Assembly: GCA_038239485.1 (NCBI GenBank)
Contig: JBBSET010000008.1
Location: 8,857 to 72,856, forward strand
Length of the DNA stretch: 64,000 nucleotides
Reading direction: 5' to 3'
DNA from: Propionibacteriales bacterium
GTDB taxonomy: Bacteria > Actinomycetota > Actinomycetes > Propionibacteriales > Nocardioidaceae
The notes beneath the pieces are model-generated. The model searched no databases. It saw only the letters and a program-made list of their open reading frames with translations, and was not told where the DNA came from. Of the stretch, positions 48,844 to 57,783 are shown piece by piece (the first letter of the stretch is position 1; each line of letters begins with the position of its first letter). The translations under genes were made by a program, and so were the position numbers.

Positions 48844-49554
48844 TCAGTCGTCGCGTTCCTCTGCCTCCCGCCGCAGCACCGCGCGGCGCTCGGACTCGTC
48901 GTCGTAGCGGGTGTCCCGGCGCCCTGAGCGGGCCTTGAGGACCTCGACGAGGATCGGGACCAGCGAGAGGGCGACGACGCCGACCAGGACCAGGTCGATG
49001 TGGTTGCTCAGGAACGACACCTGGCCCAGCCAGTACCCGAGCAAGGTCACGCCGGTGGCCCAGGCCACCCCTCCGATGGCCGAGTAGATAACGAAGCGCC
49101 GCATCGACATCCGCCCCACGCCCGCGGCGAGGGTGATGAACGTCCGCACGATGGGGACGAACCTGGCCAGCACGATCGCACGGCTGCCGTACCTGTCGAA
49201 GAACGCGTAGGTCTTGTCGACGTACTCCTGCTTGAAGAACCTGGAGTCCGGGCGGTTGAAGATCGCCGGGCCGACCTTGGCCCCCACCAGATAGCCGACG
49301 ACGTTGCTCAGCACGGCCGCCACGCTCAGGACGAGGCAGGCCAGCCAGATCGGCACCGTCACCTGTTGGTGCTGAGAGATCAGGAGGCCGATGAGGAAGA
49401 GGAGGGAGTCGCCCGGCAGGAACGGAAACAGCCAACACTCGATGAAGACGATGATCGCAACGCCCCACAGCGCGAAGGAGCCGAATCTGTCGATCCAGGA
49501 GTGTGGGTCGAGAAGGCCGTTGAGCAGCATCACGTGCTGGAGATCGTAGAACAC
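48844..49554 (-). CDS. DedA/VTT-domain family membrane protein
   Basis: 236 aa with FIECWLFPFLPGDSLLF and RFVPIVRTF. Confidence 0.85.
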   Translation of the reverse strand: MFYDLQHVMLLNGLLDPHSWIDRFGSFALWGVAIIVFIECWLFPFLPGDSLLFLIGLLISQHQQVTVPIWLACLVLSVAAVLSNVVGYLVGAKVGPAIFNRPDSRFFKQEYVDKTYAFFDRYGSRAIVLARFVPIVRTFITLAAGVGRMSMRRFVIYSAIGGVAWATGVTLLGYWLGQVSFLSNHIDLVLVGVVALSLVPILVEVLKARSGRRDTRYDDESERRAVLRREAEERDD

Positions 49555-49588
49555 ACGTCGAGGGTATCTGCAGATCTACGCTTGCCCG

Positions 49589-50215
49589 GTGACCTTCGAC
49601 GCATCCCACCCGGTCGGCGTCGGCCCGTGGGAAGGCGACTGGCCGCCAGGCGGCCACTACGACCCCGTCCTGCTCCAGGCCGGCGACCGGAGAAATGTCG
49701 TCGACCGGTACCGCTACTGGCGGCTCGAGGCGATCGTCGCCGACCTCGACGCCCGGCGGCACCCTTTCCATGTCGCAATCGAGAACTGGCAGCACGACTT
49801 CAACATCGGGTCCGTCGTCCGCACGGCCAACGCCTTCCTCGCCAGCGAGGTCCATGTCGTGGGGCGCAAGCGCTGGAACCGGCGCGGGGCGATGGTCACC
49901 GACCGGTATCAACACATCCGGCACCACCTGGGCGTCGATGACTTCGCCGGCTGGGCCGCGGACGCCGGGCTACCCCTTCTCGCCATCGACAACCTGCCAG
50001 GGGCGGAGCCGATCGAGCGCACCGCACTGCCGGTCGCCTGCGTTCTCGTTCTCGGCCAGGAAGGTCCCGGGCTGACCCGCGAGATGCGAGACGCCTGCCA
50101 GACGACGCTGTCGATCGCGCAGTTCGGGTCGACGAGGTCCATCAACGCCGGCGCCGCCGCAGCCATCGCGATGCACAGCTGGATCCGCCAGCATGTTTGC
50201 GGCATCGACAGGTGA
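49589..50215 (+). CDS. TrmH/SpoU family RNA 2'-O-methyltransferase
   Basis: 208 aa with NIGSVVRTANAF, LVLGQEGPGL and STRSINAGAAAAIAM. Confidence 0.85.
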   Translation: MTFDASHPVGVGPWEGDWPPGGHYDPVLLQAGDRRNVVDRYRYWRLEAIVADLDARRHPFHVAIENWQHDFNIGSVVRTANAFLASEVHVVGRKRWNRRGAMVTDRYQHIRHHLGVDDFAGWAADAGLPLLAIDNLPGAEPIERTALPVACVLVLGQEGPGLTREMRDACQTTLSIAQFGSTRSINAGAAAAIAMHSWIRQHVCGIDR

Positions 50216-50299
50216 TCTCTACGCGGTCATGGTGGCAGTGGCGCTGCGATCACGCGATACTGGTCGGCGTACGCAACCCGGATCCAATGGAGGACGGCC

Positions 50300-51334
50300 A
50301 TGCCCATCGCGACGCCCGATGTCTATCACGCCATGCTCGAGAAGGCGAAGGCCGAGCAGTTCGCCTACCCCGCCGTCAACGTGACGTCGTCGCTGACCCT
50401 GCACGCTGCCCTGCGCGGGTTCGCTGAGGCAGGCAGCGACGGCATCGTCCAAGCGTCGACGGGCGGCGCTGAGTTCTGGTCGGGCACGACTGTCAAGAAC
50501 ATGGTGGCCGGATCACTCGCCTTCGCCGCCTTCGCCCGGGAAGCGGCAAAGGCGTACCCCGTCAACGTGGCGCTGCACACCGACCACTGCCCGAAGGACA
50601 AGCTGAACGACTTCGCCAAGCCGCTGCTGGAGATGTCACGCGACAAGGTCGCGGCGGGCGGGCTGCCCATCTTTCAGTCCCACATGTGGGACGGGTCGGC
50701 TGTTCCGGTCGAGGAGAACCTTTCCATCGCCAAGGAGCTGCTCGACATCGCCCGTGCTGCCAAGATCGTCCTCGAGATCGAGATCGGGGTGGTGGGAGGC
50801 GAGGAGGACGGCGTCGAGGGCGCGATCGACGACAAGCTCTACTCGACGCCGGAGGACGCCCTTCGCACGGTCGAGGTGCTCGGTCTCGGCGAGAACGGCC
50901 GCTACATGGTGGCGCTGACATTCGGGAACGTGCACGGTGTCTACAAGCCCGGCAACGTCAAGCTCCGCCCGGAGATCCTGAAGCAGGCCCAGGACGCGGT
51001 GGCCCAGAAGTACGGCCTCGACGACGGGGCCAAGCCCTTCGACCTGGTGTTCCATGGCGGGTCGGGCTCGCTGCTGGAGGAGATCCGGGAGGCCCTGGAC
51101 TACGGGGTGGTCAAGATGAACATCGATACCGACACCCAGTACGCGTTCACGCGCCCGGTCGCCGACCACATGTTCAAGAACTACGACGCCGTGCTGAAGG
51201 TGGACGGAGAGGTCGGCAGCAAGAAGTTCTACGACCCCCGATCGTGGGGCAAGTCGGCGGAAGCCGGAATGGCGGCCCGCGTCGTGACCGCGTGCGAGGA
51301 TCTGCGCTCAGCAGGTACGTCGCTGGGTCAATGA
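50300..51334 (+). CDS. fba: Class II fructose-bisphosphate aldolase
   Basis: 344 aa reading MPIATPDVYHAMLEKAK...YPAVNV, with HTDHC and FHGGSGS. Confidence 0.93.
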   Translation: MPIATPDVYHAMLEKAKAEQFAYPAVNVTSSLTLHAALRGFAEAGSDGIVQASTGGAEFWSGTTVKNMVAGSLAFAAFAREAAKAYPVNVALHTDHCPKDKLNDFAKPLLEMSRDKVAAGGLPIFQSHMWDGSAVPVEENLSIAKELLDIARAAKIVLEIEIGVVGGEEDGVEGAIDDKLYSTPEDALRTVEVLGLGENGRYMVALTFGNVHGVYKPGNVKLRPEILKQAQDAVAQKYGLDDGAKPFDLVFHGGSGSLLEEIREALDYGVVKMNIDTDTQYAFTRPVADHMFKNYDAVLKVDGEVGSKKFYDPRSWGKSAEAGMAARVVTACEDLRSAGTSLGQ

Positions 51335-51500
51335 ACAATGCGCTCAGCGGCAGTCACTGTCTTTGTGGGAAGCCAGGCTGAGGTGACGCGGCGTAGGTAA
51401 GGGGTGGAGACCGAGGCGAGTATCACTAAACGTACATATCGAAATACATGGAGTAATTAATTGATCCATCAGTGGACGTTCGCGGCGGGGGAAAGTCCAT

Positions 51501-51529
51501 TTGGGGATATGTGGGGACTGCGATAGAAT
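51501..51529 (+). promoter_or_regulatory. Candidate housekeeping-sigma promoter TTGGGG-17 nt-TAGAAT
   Basis: Hexamers at 51501-51506 and 51524-51529, about 40 nt upstream of ATG 51568, inside an unusually AT-rich intergenic stretch (51420-51475). Confidence 0.35.
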
Positions 51530-51567
51530 CCTCTGCACTTGCCCTCCCATGCTTTCCGGAGCTGAGA

Positions 51568-52893
51568 ATGACCTCGTTGCGACCGATGTTCGCCGGGATG
51601 ACTTTAGCGGTCGTCGCAGTACTGGCATTTGCCAGCGGAGCCGCCGAGGCTTCGATTGCTCAACCCTCGGTGGTCAGCGACTATGCCGCCTCGTACACCC
51701 CCAACCTCGTCGCGTCATCCACGGTCAAGCACCCACACGCGGATGCGGTCAGTCAAAGTGGCAACACGATGTACGTCGGCGGGCTGTTCGACTCCATCAC
51801 CGACTCCACCGGGTTGCCATTCACTGTCGAGAACATGGTGTCGTTCGACGCCTCTACCGGCGCGATAGCGACGGGCTTCACGCCCGCCTTCAACGGCAAC
51901 GTCTGGGCGGTCGAGGCGACTAGCACTGCCGTGTATGTCGGAGGGGCTTTCACCACGGTCGACGGCGTCACGCATCCCGCCCTGGTCAAGCTCGACCCTA
52001 CGACTGGAGCCATCGACCCGGCATTCGACGCTCACTTCCAGGGCGGCCAGGTCAACCAGATCCAGCTCCTCAACGGTGTGCTCTACGTCGCCGGCAGCTC
52101 TGGCAAGAAGCTGATGGCGCTGGACCCGCTCACGGGTGCCAACGTGGGCATATTCAACAATCTCGCAATCACCACTCCCATCCCCAACGCCTGGGGAACC
52201 GTGTCGGTCTATCATTTCGCCATCAACCCGGCCGGCACGCAGCTGGTAGCCACCGGAAACTTCGAGACGGTCGGCGGGCAGTCTCGGACCAGGTTCTTCA
52301 TAGCAAATCTCGGCGGCGGCACCGCCACGCTCGACCCTTGGTACTACGCCGGGTTCGCCAAGCCGTGCTCCTCGACCGCGCCTCGTCGGATCGCCTACTT
52401 GCAGGATGTGGATTTCTCCCCTGACGGTAGCTACTTCATCGTCACCGCCACCGGACAAGTGCCCCTCTACCACTCCGACATCTGGCACAACGGCGTCACG
52501 AACCCGACGGGCACCACGGTATGCGACGCAGCGGGCCGCTTCGATATCAGCAACGGCGACTCCACGCACCAGCCGGTCTGGATCAACTACACCGGAGGCG
52601 ACAGCATCTGGGCCGCAGCCGCCACGGGTGTCGCAGTGTATGTGCAGGGCCACTTCCAATGGCTAGACAACCCAGACGGGATCGGCAGCCGACCGGCGGG
52701 TAATGCAGTGAACCGCCGGGGACTGGGCGCCATCGACCCGACCACCGGACTGGCTTTGTCGTGGACCCCGGACAAGCCAGCGCAATCAGGCGGCAAAGCG
52801 CTTCTAGCCACCACGACCGGGCTCTGGGTGATGTCGGACAGTAAGCTGTTCCACGGCCAGCCCCACTATGGAATCGCCTTCGCGCCGCTTTGA
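51568..52893 (+). CDS. Secreted beta-propeller-like repeat protein, unknown function (paralog of 32385..33656)
   Basis: A signal peptide (MTSLRPMFAGMTLAVVAVLAFASGAAEA) starts at ATG 51568 behind GGAG. It shares blocks with the other copy: LDPWYY, DVDFSPDGSYF, WINYTGGD, VYVQGHFQWLDNP, GLGAIDPTTG.ALSW. Confidence 0.75.
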   Translation: MTSLRPMFAGMTLAVVAVLAFASGAAEASIAQPSVVSDYAASYTPNLVASSTVKHPHADAVSQSGNTMYVGGLFDSITDSTGLPFTVENMVSFDASTGAIATGFTPAFNGNVWAVEATSTAVYVGGAFTTVDGVTHPALVKLDPTTGAIDPAFDAHFQGGQVNQIQLLNGVLYVAGSSGKKLMALDPLTGANVGIFNNLAITTPIPNAWGTVSVYHFAINPAGTQLVATGNFETVGGQSRTRFFIANLGGGTATLDPWYYAGFAKPCSSTAPRRIAYLQDVDFSPDGSYFIVTATGQVPLYHSDIWHNGVTNPTGTTVCDAAGRFDISNGDSTHQPVWINYTGGDSIWAAAATGVAVYVQGHFQWLDNPDGIGSRPAGNAVNRRGLGAIDPTTGLALSWTPDKPAQSGGKALLATTTGLWVMSDSKLFHGQPHYGIAFAPL

Positions 52894-53033
52894 GCTTGAG
52901 TATCGGGGCCGTTCGTTCCCGATCTCCTGAATCTCGGCGGCAGCTGATTTTCGGGATCGGGAGCCTGTCCGCCCTCCCTCCCACCGGGGGAGATCGAGTG
53001 TCAGAACCGCCCGAACGTCGGCCGGACGACCGC

Positions 53034-54194
53034 TCAGAACGCTCGAGCGCTCGAACGTCGGCTTGACGACCGCTGTGCCGGCACCGGCCCGCGGCCGATC
53101 GCTTCGACATAAGCGGCGTCCAACCTGTCGACGACCGCTTTGGGGCTGAACAGCGTCTTGGCGCGAACTCGTCCTGCTGTGGACATATTGGCTGTGTCAC
53201 CGCTGTCGTTCAGCAGACGCTCGCATTCCGCGAGCAACCCGCGCATGTCTCCCAACGCGACAATGCTGCCTGCGGCGGGAAGATCGCCAAGAGTCATGAT
53301 GTCTCGTACGCCGTTGACGTCTGTGGCCACTACGGGACGCCCAACCGACATCGCCTCGGCCACCACGACCGGAGTTCCTTCATACCGGGAGGGCAGCACG
53401 ACGAGATCACAGGCCCACATCCAGCGCGGGACGTCTCGGTCTTCCCCTACGGCCCGGATCGTGCGGCCCCACTCGGTCGGCGCCAAGGCTTCCAGCTCAG
53501 TGGTGTCTCCGGGTCCCACCAGGACGAGCTCAGAGTCGGCAGGGTGGTGCTTCTCCCATGCCGCCACCAGGAGGTCCTGTCCCTTCTGCCGCGCAACCCT
53601 GCCTACACATAGGACCATGTGCTGCGCCTTCACCCCGAGCAGGTCCCGGTACTGTTGCCGCGTCGCCTCATCGACCTGGGTGAACAGACTGGTATCCACA
53701 GCGACGCCGATGACTCGCCCCTCGGTCGTGACCCCTGCGCTTTGGCCCTCGTCGATCTCGTCGGTGCAGTTGGTCACCAGGACGTCGGTTCGCCGGCCGG
53801 CGAAACGCTCCCACGCCGACAGCGCCCGACGAAAGCCATCCTCGTCGCGCAGGTCGAAGGACCATGAATGCGGCTGGTAGACGACGGGGACACTCTTGGC
53901 TCTGACCGGCAGTCGCCCCACGAAGCCGGCCATGAACGAATGTAAATGCATTACGTCGGGTTTGAATTCTTCGATTGCCCGGCGGAGCTCCATCACGGCC
54001 GGAGCATAGGTGCTTGCACGGCGTCGCTTGAGGCTCCACTGCCGGTAATCGACGTCCACCACAGGCGGGAATATGGGGGGTGACAGCAAACCAACGATAT
54101 GCCCGCGCTCGTTCTGTTCGGCGGCGAATTCGCGGATGAGACTGACGACACCGCCCCAACTGACCTCAGAGACGTGCAGAATATGCATGCGCAT
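53034..54194 (-). CDS. Glycosyltransferase family 4 (GT-B fold)
   Basis: MRMHILHVSEVSWGGV is the N-terminus, from ATG 54194; the ORF track starts at TTG 54215. The C-terminal domain carries PSRYEGTPVVVAEAMSVGRPVVATDV (EX7E-type motif). Confidence 0.85.
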   Translation of the reverse strand: MRMHILHVSEVSWGGVVSLIREFAAEQNERGHIVGLLSPPIFPPVVDVDYRQWSLKRRRASTYAPAVMELRRAIEEFKPDVMHLHSFMAGFVGRLPVRAKSVPVVYQPHSWSFDLRDEDGFRRALSAWERFAGRRTDVLVTNCTDEIDEGQSAGVTTEGRVIGVAVDTSLFTQVDEATRQQYRDLLGVKAQHMVLCVGRVARQKGQDLLVAAWEKHHPADSELVLVGPGDTTELEALAPTEWGRTIRAVGEDRDVPRWMWACDLVVLPSRYEGTPVVVAEAMSVGRPVVATDVNGVRDIMTLGDLPAAGSIVALGDMRGLLAECERLLNDSGDTANMSTAGRVRAKTLFSPKAVVDRLDAAYVEAIGRGPVPAQRSSSRRSSARAF

Positions 54195-54491
54195 TCCGTT
54201 TCCGCTGCCGACCAAGGTTCAGGACCTAGCCATGAATGGGACACTTCGATCGATACTGTATCGCAACCGCGCCTGATGCGAGAGCCCGTCAACCCGACCG
54301 TGGGAACTACGCAGCGTAGCAGCTCACTACTCACCGGCTCCTTATCCTCGTGGCAACCTTACGGGTGGTACAAAAATGGATAAATGCCATATTTCCTCGA
54401 CAAATCTGCGCATCACTCCGCATCGACTCGAGCCGGTGTAACACAAAGTTAGGAAGCTGTTCACACGTGAGATCCGGCTTCGACCTGCTGC

Positions 54492-55022
54492 TCAGACCAG
54501 ATCGCCGGCCTCGTAGAGCGCCATGTATTCGAGCCCTGCCCGCTCGACCGCCGCTCGAGCACCGCGATCGACGATGACCGCGACGCCGACGACATCGGCG
54601 TGATGCTCGCGGAGCGCCTGCACCGCGGCCAAGACGGACTCGCCCGTCGTCGAGGTGTCCTCCACTGCCAGAACCTTCACCCCGGCGACGTCAGGACCTT
54701 CGATCCGGCGCTGAAGGCCGTGCGCTTTACCCGACTTTCGGACGACGAAAGCGTTCAGATGGCCACCATCTGCTGCGGCGGCGTGAATCATGGCGGCCGC
54801 GACTGCGTCGGCGCCCATCGTGAGCCCACCGACCGCGGCATACTGCACCCGCGCGGTGACGTCGAGCATCAGACGTCCGACGAGAGGGGCGGCCCTGCCG
54901 TCGAGCGTGATCTGACGCAGATCGACGTAGTAGTCGGCGCGCCGACCCGACGACAGAGTGACAGGCCCATGGATGAGCGCCTTAGCCCTGATCTGGGCAA
55001 GCAGGTCACCACGTTCGCTCAC
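54492..55022 (-). CDS. pyrE: Orotate phosphoribosyltransferase
   Basis: 176 aa with SGRRADYYVD and the PRPP motif VLAVEDTSTTGES. Confidence 0.92.
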   Translation of the reverse strand: MSERGDLLAQIRAKALIHGPVTLSSGRRADYYVDLRQITLDGRAAPLVGRLMLDVTARVQYAAVGGLTMGADAVAAAMIHAAAADGGHLNAFVVRKSGKAHGLQRRIEGPDVAGVKVLAVEDTSTTGESVLAAVQALREHHADVVGVAVIVDRGARAAVERAGLEYMALYEAGDLV

Positions 55023-55031
55023 CTCACGACC

Positions 55032-56489
55032 TTAGCGACATGTTGCCCCGGCACATTGTCGAAGGGTCTTGACGACGCCCGCCAAGCGGCGACGCTGAGC
55101 CGCATACGCGGGGTTGGACGCCTGGTTGTCAAGCTCATACGGGTCCTTGGCCATGTCATACAGCTCGGTTTCGCCGGTCTGGTAGTGGACATACGTCCAT
55201 CTGTTGGTACGCACTCCCGAGTAGCGTGGCGTCGAGGTACGGGACGGACCGGTCTCGAGGAGCAGATTGCGACGGGTGCCGACTGACGGGCTGGCGGCTA
55301 CTCCGAGCAGTGACGTGCCATCGATCACCATGCCACCGGGGTTGGCGTGAGCGGCGGCGAGAAAGGTCGGCGCGAAATCGATGTCGCCCACGATCTGGGC
55401 GCGGGTCACTCCCGCGGGAAAGCCCGGTCCGCGGATCACGAGCGGCAGCCTGATCGACTGCTCATAAGGGACTGTCTTCCCTGCATGGATCCGATGCTGG
55501 CCCATCATCCAGCCGTTGTCGGTGGTGAAGACGATGATGGTGTTGCTCAGCTCCCCGGCGCTTCGCAGTGCGTCCACGGTCGCCTTGACGGCCTCATCCA
55601 CAGCCTGCAGGGACTCCAGGCGCTGCTCGTATGAATTCTTGAGCATCGACTGCATCCTGCTCGTCAACCGGCTGAGCCCCGCCACATAGGCTGGCTTGTC
55701 AGTCACGTCGGCCTCGTTGAAACTGGGGTCCTTGAGCAGAGGCGTACCGGCGAAGGTGCCGCGGAAGCGAGCCGGAACGGCTGGTGTCCCGATGGCTGGG
55801 TCGCCGGGCTCGGTCGGTAGACCGACATGCGGCGCGAAGTACGACTCCCACAGAAAGAAGGGAGCCGGCTTGGGAGCGTCCCGGGCGATGATGCGAGTCG
55901 AGATCTGAGAGACGAGATCGACCTGGTAAGGCCCGTTGTAAACGTGCGTCCCACCGTTCTCGACCAGGTGGGTCTGGTAGTAGTTGCCGCCGTCGATCTC
56001 CCCGTGCCAGTCGCTCCATCCGGGGGGAGCAGTCACCGGCGGAACCTGGCCATAGCCGTTGACGTACTTCCCAACCAGGGCGGTCGTGTATCCGGCCGCA
56101 GTCAGCGGTACGGCGAATGTGCCGGAAGGATTCATCGCACCATAGCCACCTTGAGGTGGGGTGTTCTCTAGTACCCCGTGATTGTGCGGATACTGTCCCG
56201 TCAGGATCGATGCACGAGAGGGCGCACACAGCGAGTCTGGTGTGTAGAAGTGACTGAAGGTGGTGCCGTGATTCGCCAGCAGACTTTGCACTGACGGCAT
56301 CGCCCGCAGATCGGTCGCGGACTGATCATCGGTTGTGATGAGCACGATATTGGGTCGCGTTTGAGTGCCGGCTGTGCCGGTTGCCGGTGGATTTGCTGCC
56401 AGGCCCCCACCCGCCGTGAGAGGGCTGGCGCTCACCGCACCAGTTACCAGCGCGCAGAGGGCTCCGGTGAGAAGAAGCTTGCGGGTCAT
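55032..56489 (-). CDS. Secreted Cys-type sulfatase (arylsulfatase family)
   Basis: 485 aa with a signal peptide, NIVLITTDDQ, and the FGE recognition motif CAPSRASILTG. AGGAG lies 5 nt upstream of the ATG. Confidence 0.88.
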   Translation of the reverse strand: MTRKLLLTGALCALVTGAVSASPLTAGGGLAANPPATGTAGTQTRPNIVLITTDDQSATDLRAMPSVQSLLANHGTTFSHFYTPDSLCAPSRASILTGQYPHNHGVLENTPPQGGYGAMNPSGTFAVPLTAAGYTTALVGKYVNGYGQVPPVTAPPGWSDWHGEIDGGNYYQTHLVENGGTHVYNGPYQVDLVSQISTRIIARDAPKPAPFFLWESYFAPHVGLPTEPGDPAIGTPAVPARFRGTFAGTPLLKDPSFNEADVTDKPAYVAGLSRLTSRMQSMLKNSYEQRLESLQAVDEAVKATVDALRSAGELSNTIIVFTTDNGWMMGQHRIHAGKTVPYEQSIRLPLVIRGPGFPAGVTRAQIVGDIDFAPTFLAAAHANPGGMVIDGTSLLGVAASPSVGTRRNLLLETGPSRTSTPRYSGVRTNRWTYVHYQTGETELYDMAKDPYELDNQASNPAYAAQRRRLAGVVKTLRQCAGATCR

Positions 56490-56694
56490 GGGGGCTCCTA
56501 CGATCGGACGGCTCGCAGACTCGCGCCGCGATGGTCTACCCTAAGCCATCGCGTAAACACTCCATGTCAACGGAGACCAGGCACCCTGGCAGCGCCCTCG
56601 AGGGATCGACTTCCTAGACTCGACTTGTTGAGTCGACTTGCGCGCCCGAGCCATGACGCACACGGCGATGACCACAACCCTTGGAGGACGCTGG

Positions 56695-57645
56695 ATGAGC
56701 GACGATGGCTGCTGTGCGCCTGCGCGATCTGCGGATCCGTCAGCCGCGGCGCATCTGCCCGAACCGGGACTCAGCAGACCTGCATCGCACAGCGACACGA
56801 TGCACTTGATCGCAGCCGGCACGTTCTCGATGGGATCGGACGATCCAGGCTCTTATCCTGACGACGGGGAGGGTCCGGTACGCCCGGTCACGGTGAACCC
56901 CTTCATGCTCGACTCCCGATGCGTGTCGAATGCCGAATTCGCGGCGTTCGTCGCCGCCAGTGGCTTTCGCACCGACGCCGAGCGTCTCGGTTCGTCGTTC
57001 GTTTTCGCAGGGCTGCTCCCGGACGACGTCGGGCCGACTCGAGCGGTTGTCGGTGCCGAGTGGTGGCGCGAGGTCCTCGGAGCCGACTGGATGCACCCCG
57101 AGGGACCTCACTCCACACTGGACGGACGCGAGCTCGAGCCGGTCGTGCAGGTCTCCTTCAACGATGCGGTGGGCTACTGCCGATGGGCCGGGCTGAGGTT
57201 GCCGAGCGAGCCGGAGTGGGAGTTCGCCGCTCGCGGGGGGCTGGAAGGGTGCAGGTTCCCTTGGGGCAACAAGCTCCAACCCGATGGCGAACATCGCATG
57301 AACGTCTGGCAGGGGCGGTTCCCTACTCACAACTCCCTCGCAGACGGATACCTCGGACCAGCACCCGTCGATGCCTTCCCTGCCAACGGGTACGGTCTGC
57401 ACAACATGACAGGTAACGTCTGGGAGTGGACCGCCGACACGTTCGTCACTCCCTGGTCCAGCGCCGTCCCGGCGGCCCGGCCAGGCCAAGAAGTCGCTCG
57501 CCGGCAGGTCCTGAAGGGTGGATCGTACCTGTGCCACGCGTCCTATTGCTTCCGGTATCGGGTGTCCGCCCGGATGGGCAACACGCCGGACACGTCGACA
57601 GGCAACATCGGGTTCCGCTGTGCCGCCGACCGAGCCGCCGACTGA
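56695..57645 (+). CDS. Formylglycine-generating enzyme (SUMF1/FGE family)
   Basis: ATG 56695 behind GGAGGA gives 316 aa; the ORF track starts at TTG 56638. Motifs present are GGTFSMGSDD..YPDDGEGPVR, NMTGNVWEWT and GGSYLCHASYCFRYR. The gene is divergent from the sulfatase gene. Confidence 0.88.
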   Translation: MSDDGCCAPARSADPSAAAHLPEPGLSRPASHSDTMHLIAAGTFSMGSDDPGSYPDDGEGPVRPVTVNPFMLDSRCVSNAEFAAFVAASGFRTDAERLGSSFVFAGLLPDDVGPTRAVVGAEWWREVLGADWMHPEGPHSTLDGRELEPVVQVSFNDAVGYCRWAGLRLPSEPEWEFAARGGLEGCRFPWGNKLQPDGEHRMNVWQGRFPTHNSLADGYLGPAPVDAFPANGYGLHNMTGNVWEWTADTFVTPWSSAVPAARPGQEVARRQVLKGGSYLCHASYCFRYRVSARMGNTPDTSTGNIGFRCAADRAAD

Positions 57646-57783
57646 GCCGGGTGCTGATCGCGCCGGTGACCTGCGACGAGCCTCGGCCGGCCGATGTGGC
57701 AGCATAACGGCAACGGACTGAGTTGCGTCGTCGGCGGCACCGTCCGGCCGATCGGCATGCGACGCGGGAGGGAAACCGTACCG

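Noticed and set aside
48257-49927. 556-aa minus-strand ORF
   Set aside because: It spans four well-supported genes on either strand (lipid kinase tail, DUF3151, DedA, TrmH) in the wrong frames. Its translation is Arg/Pro/Gly-rich.
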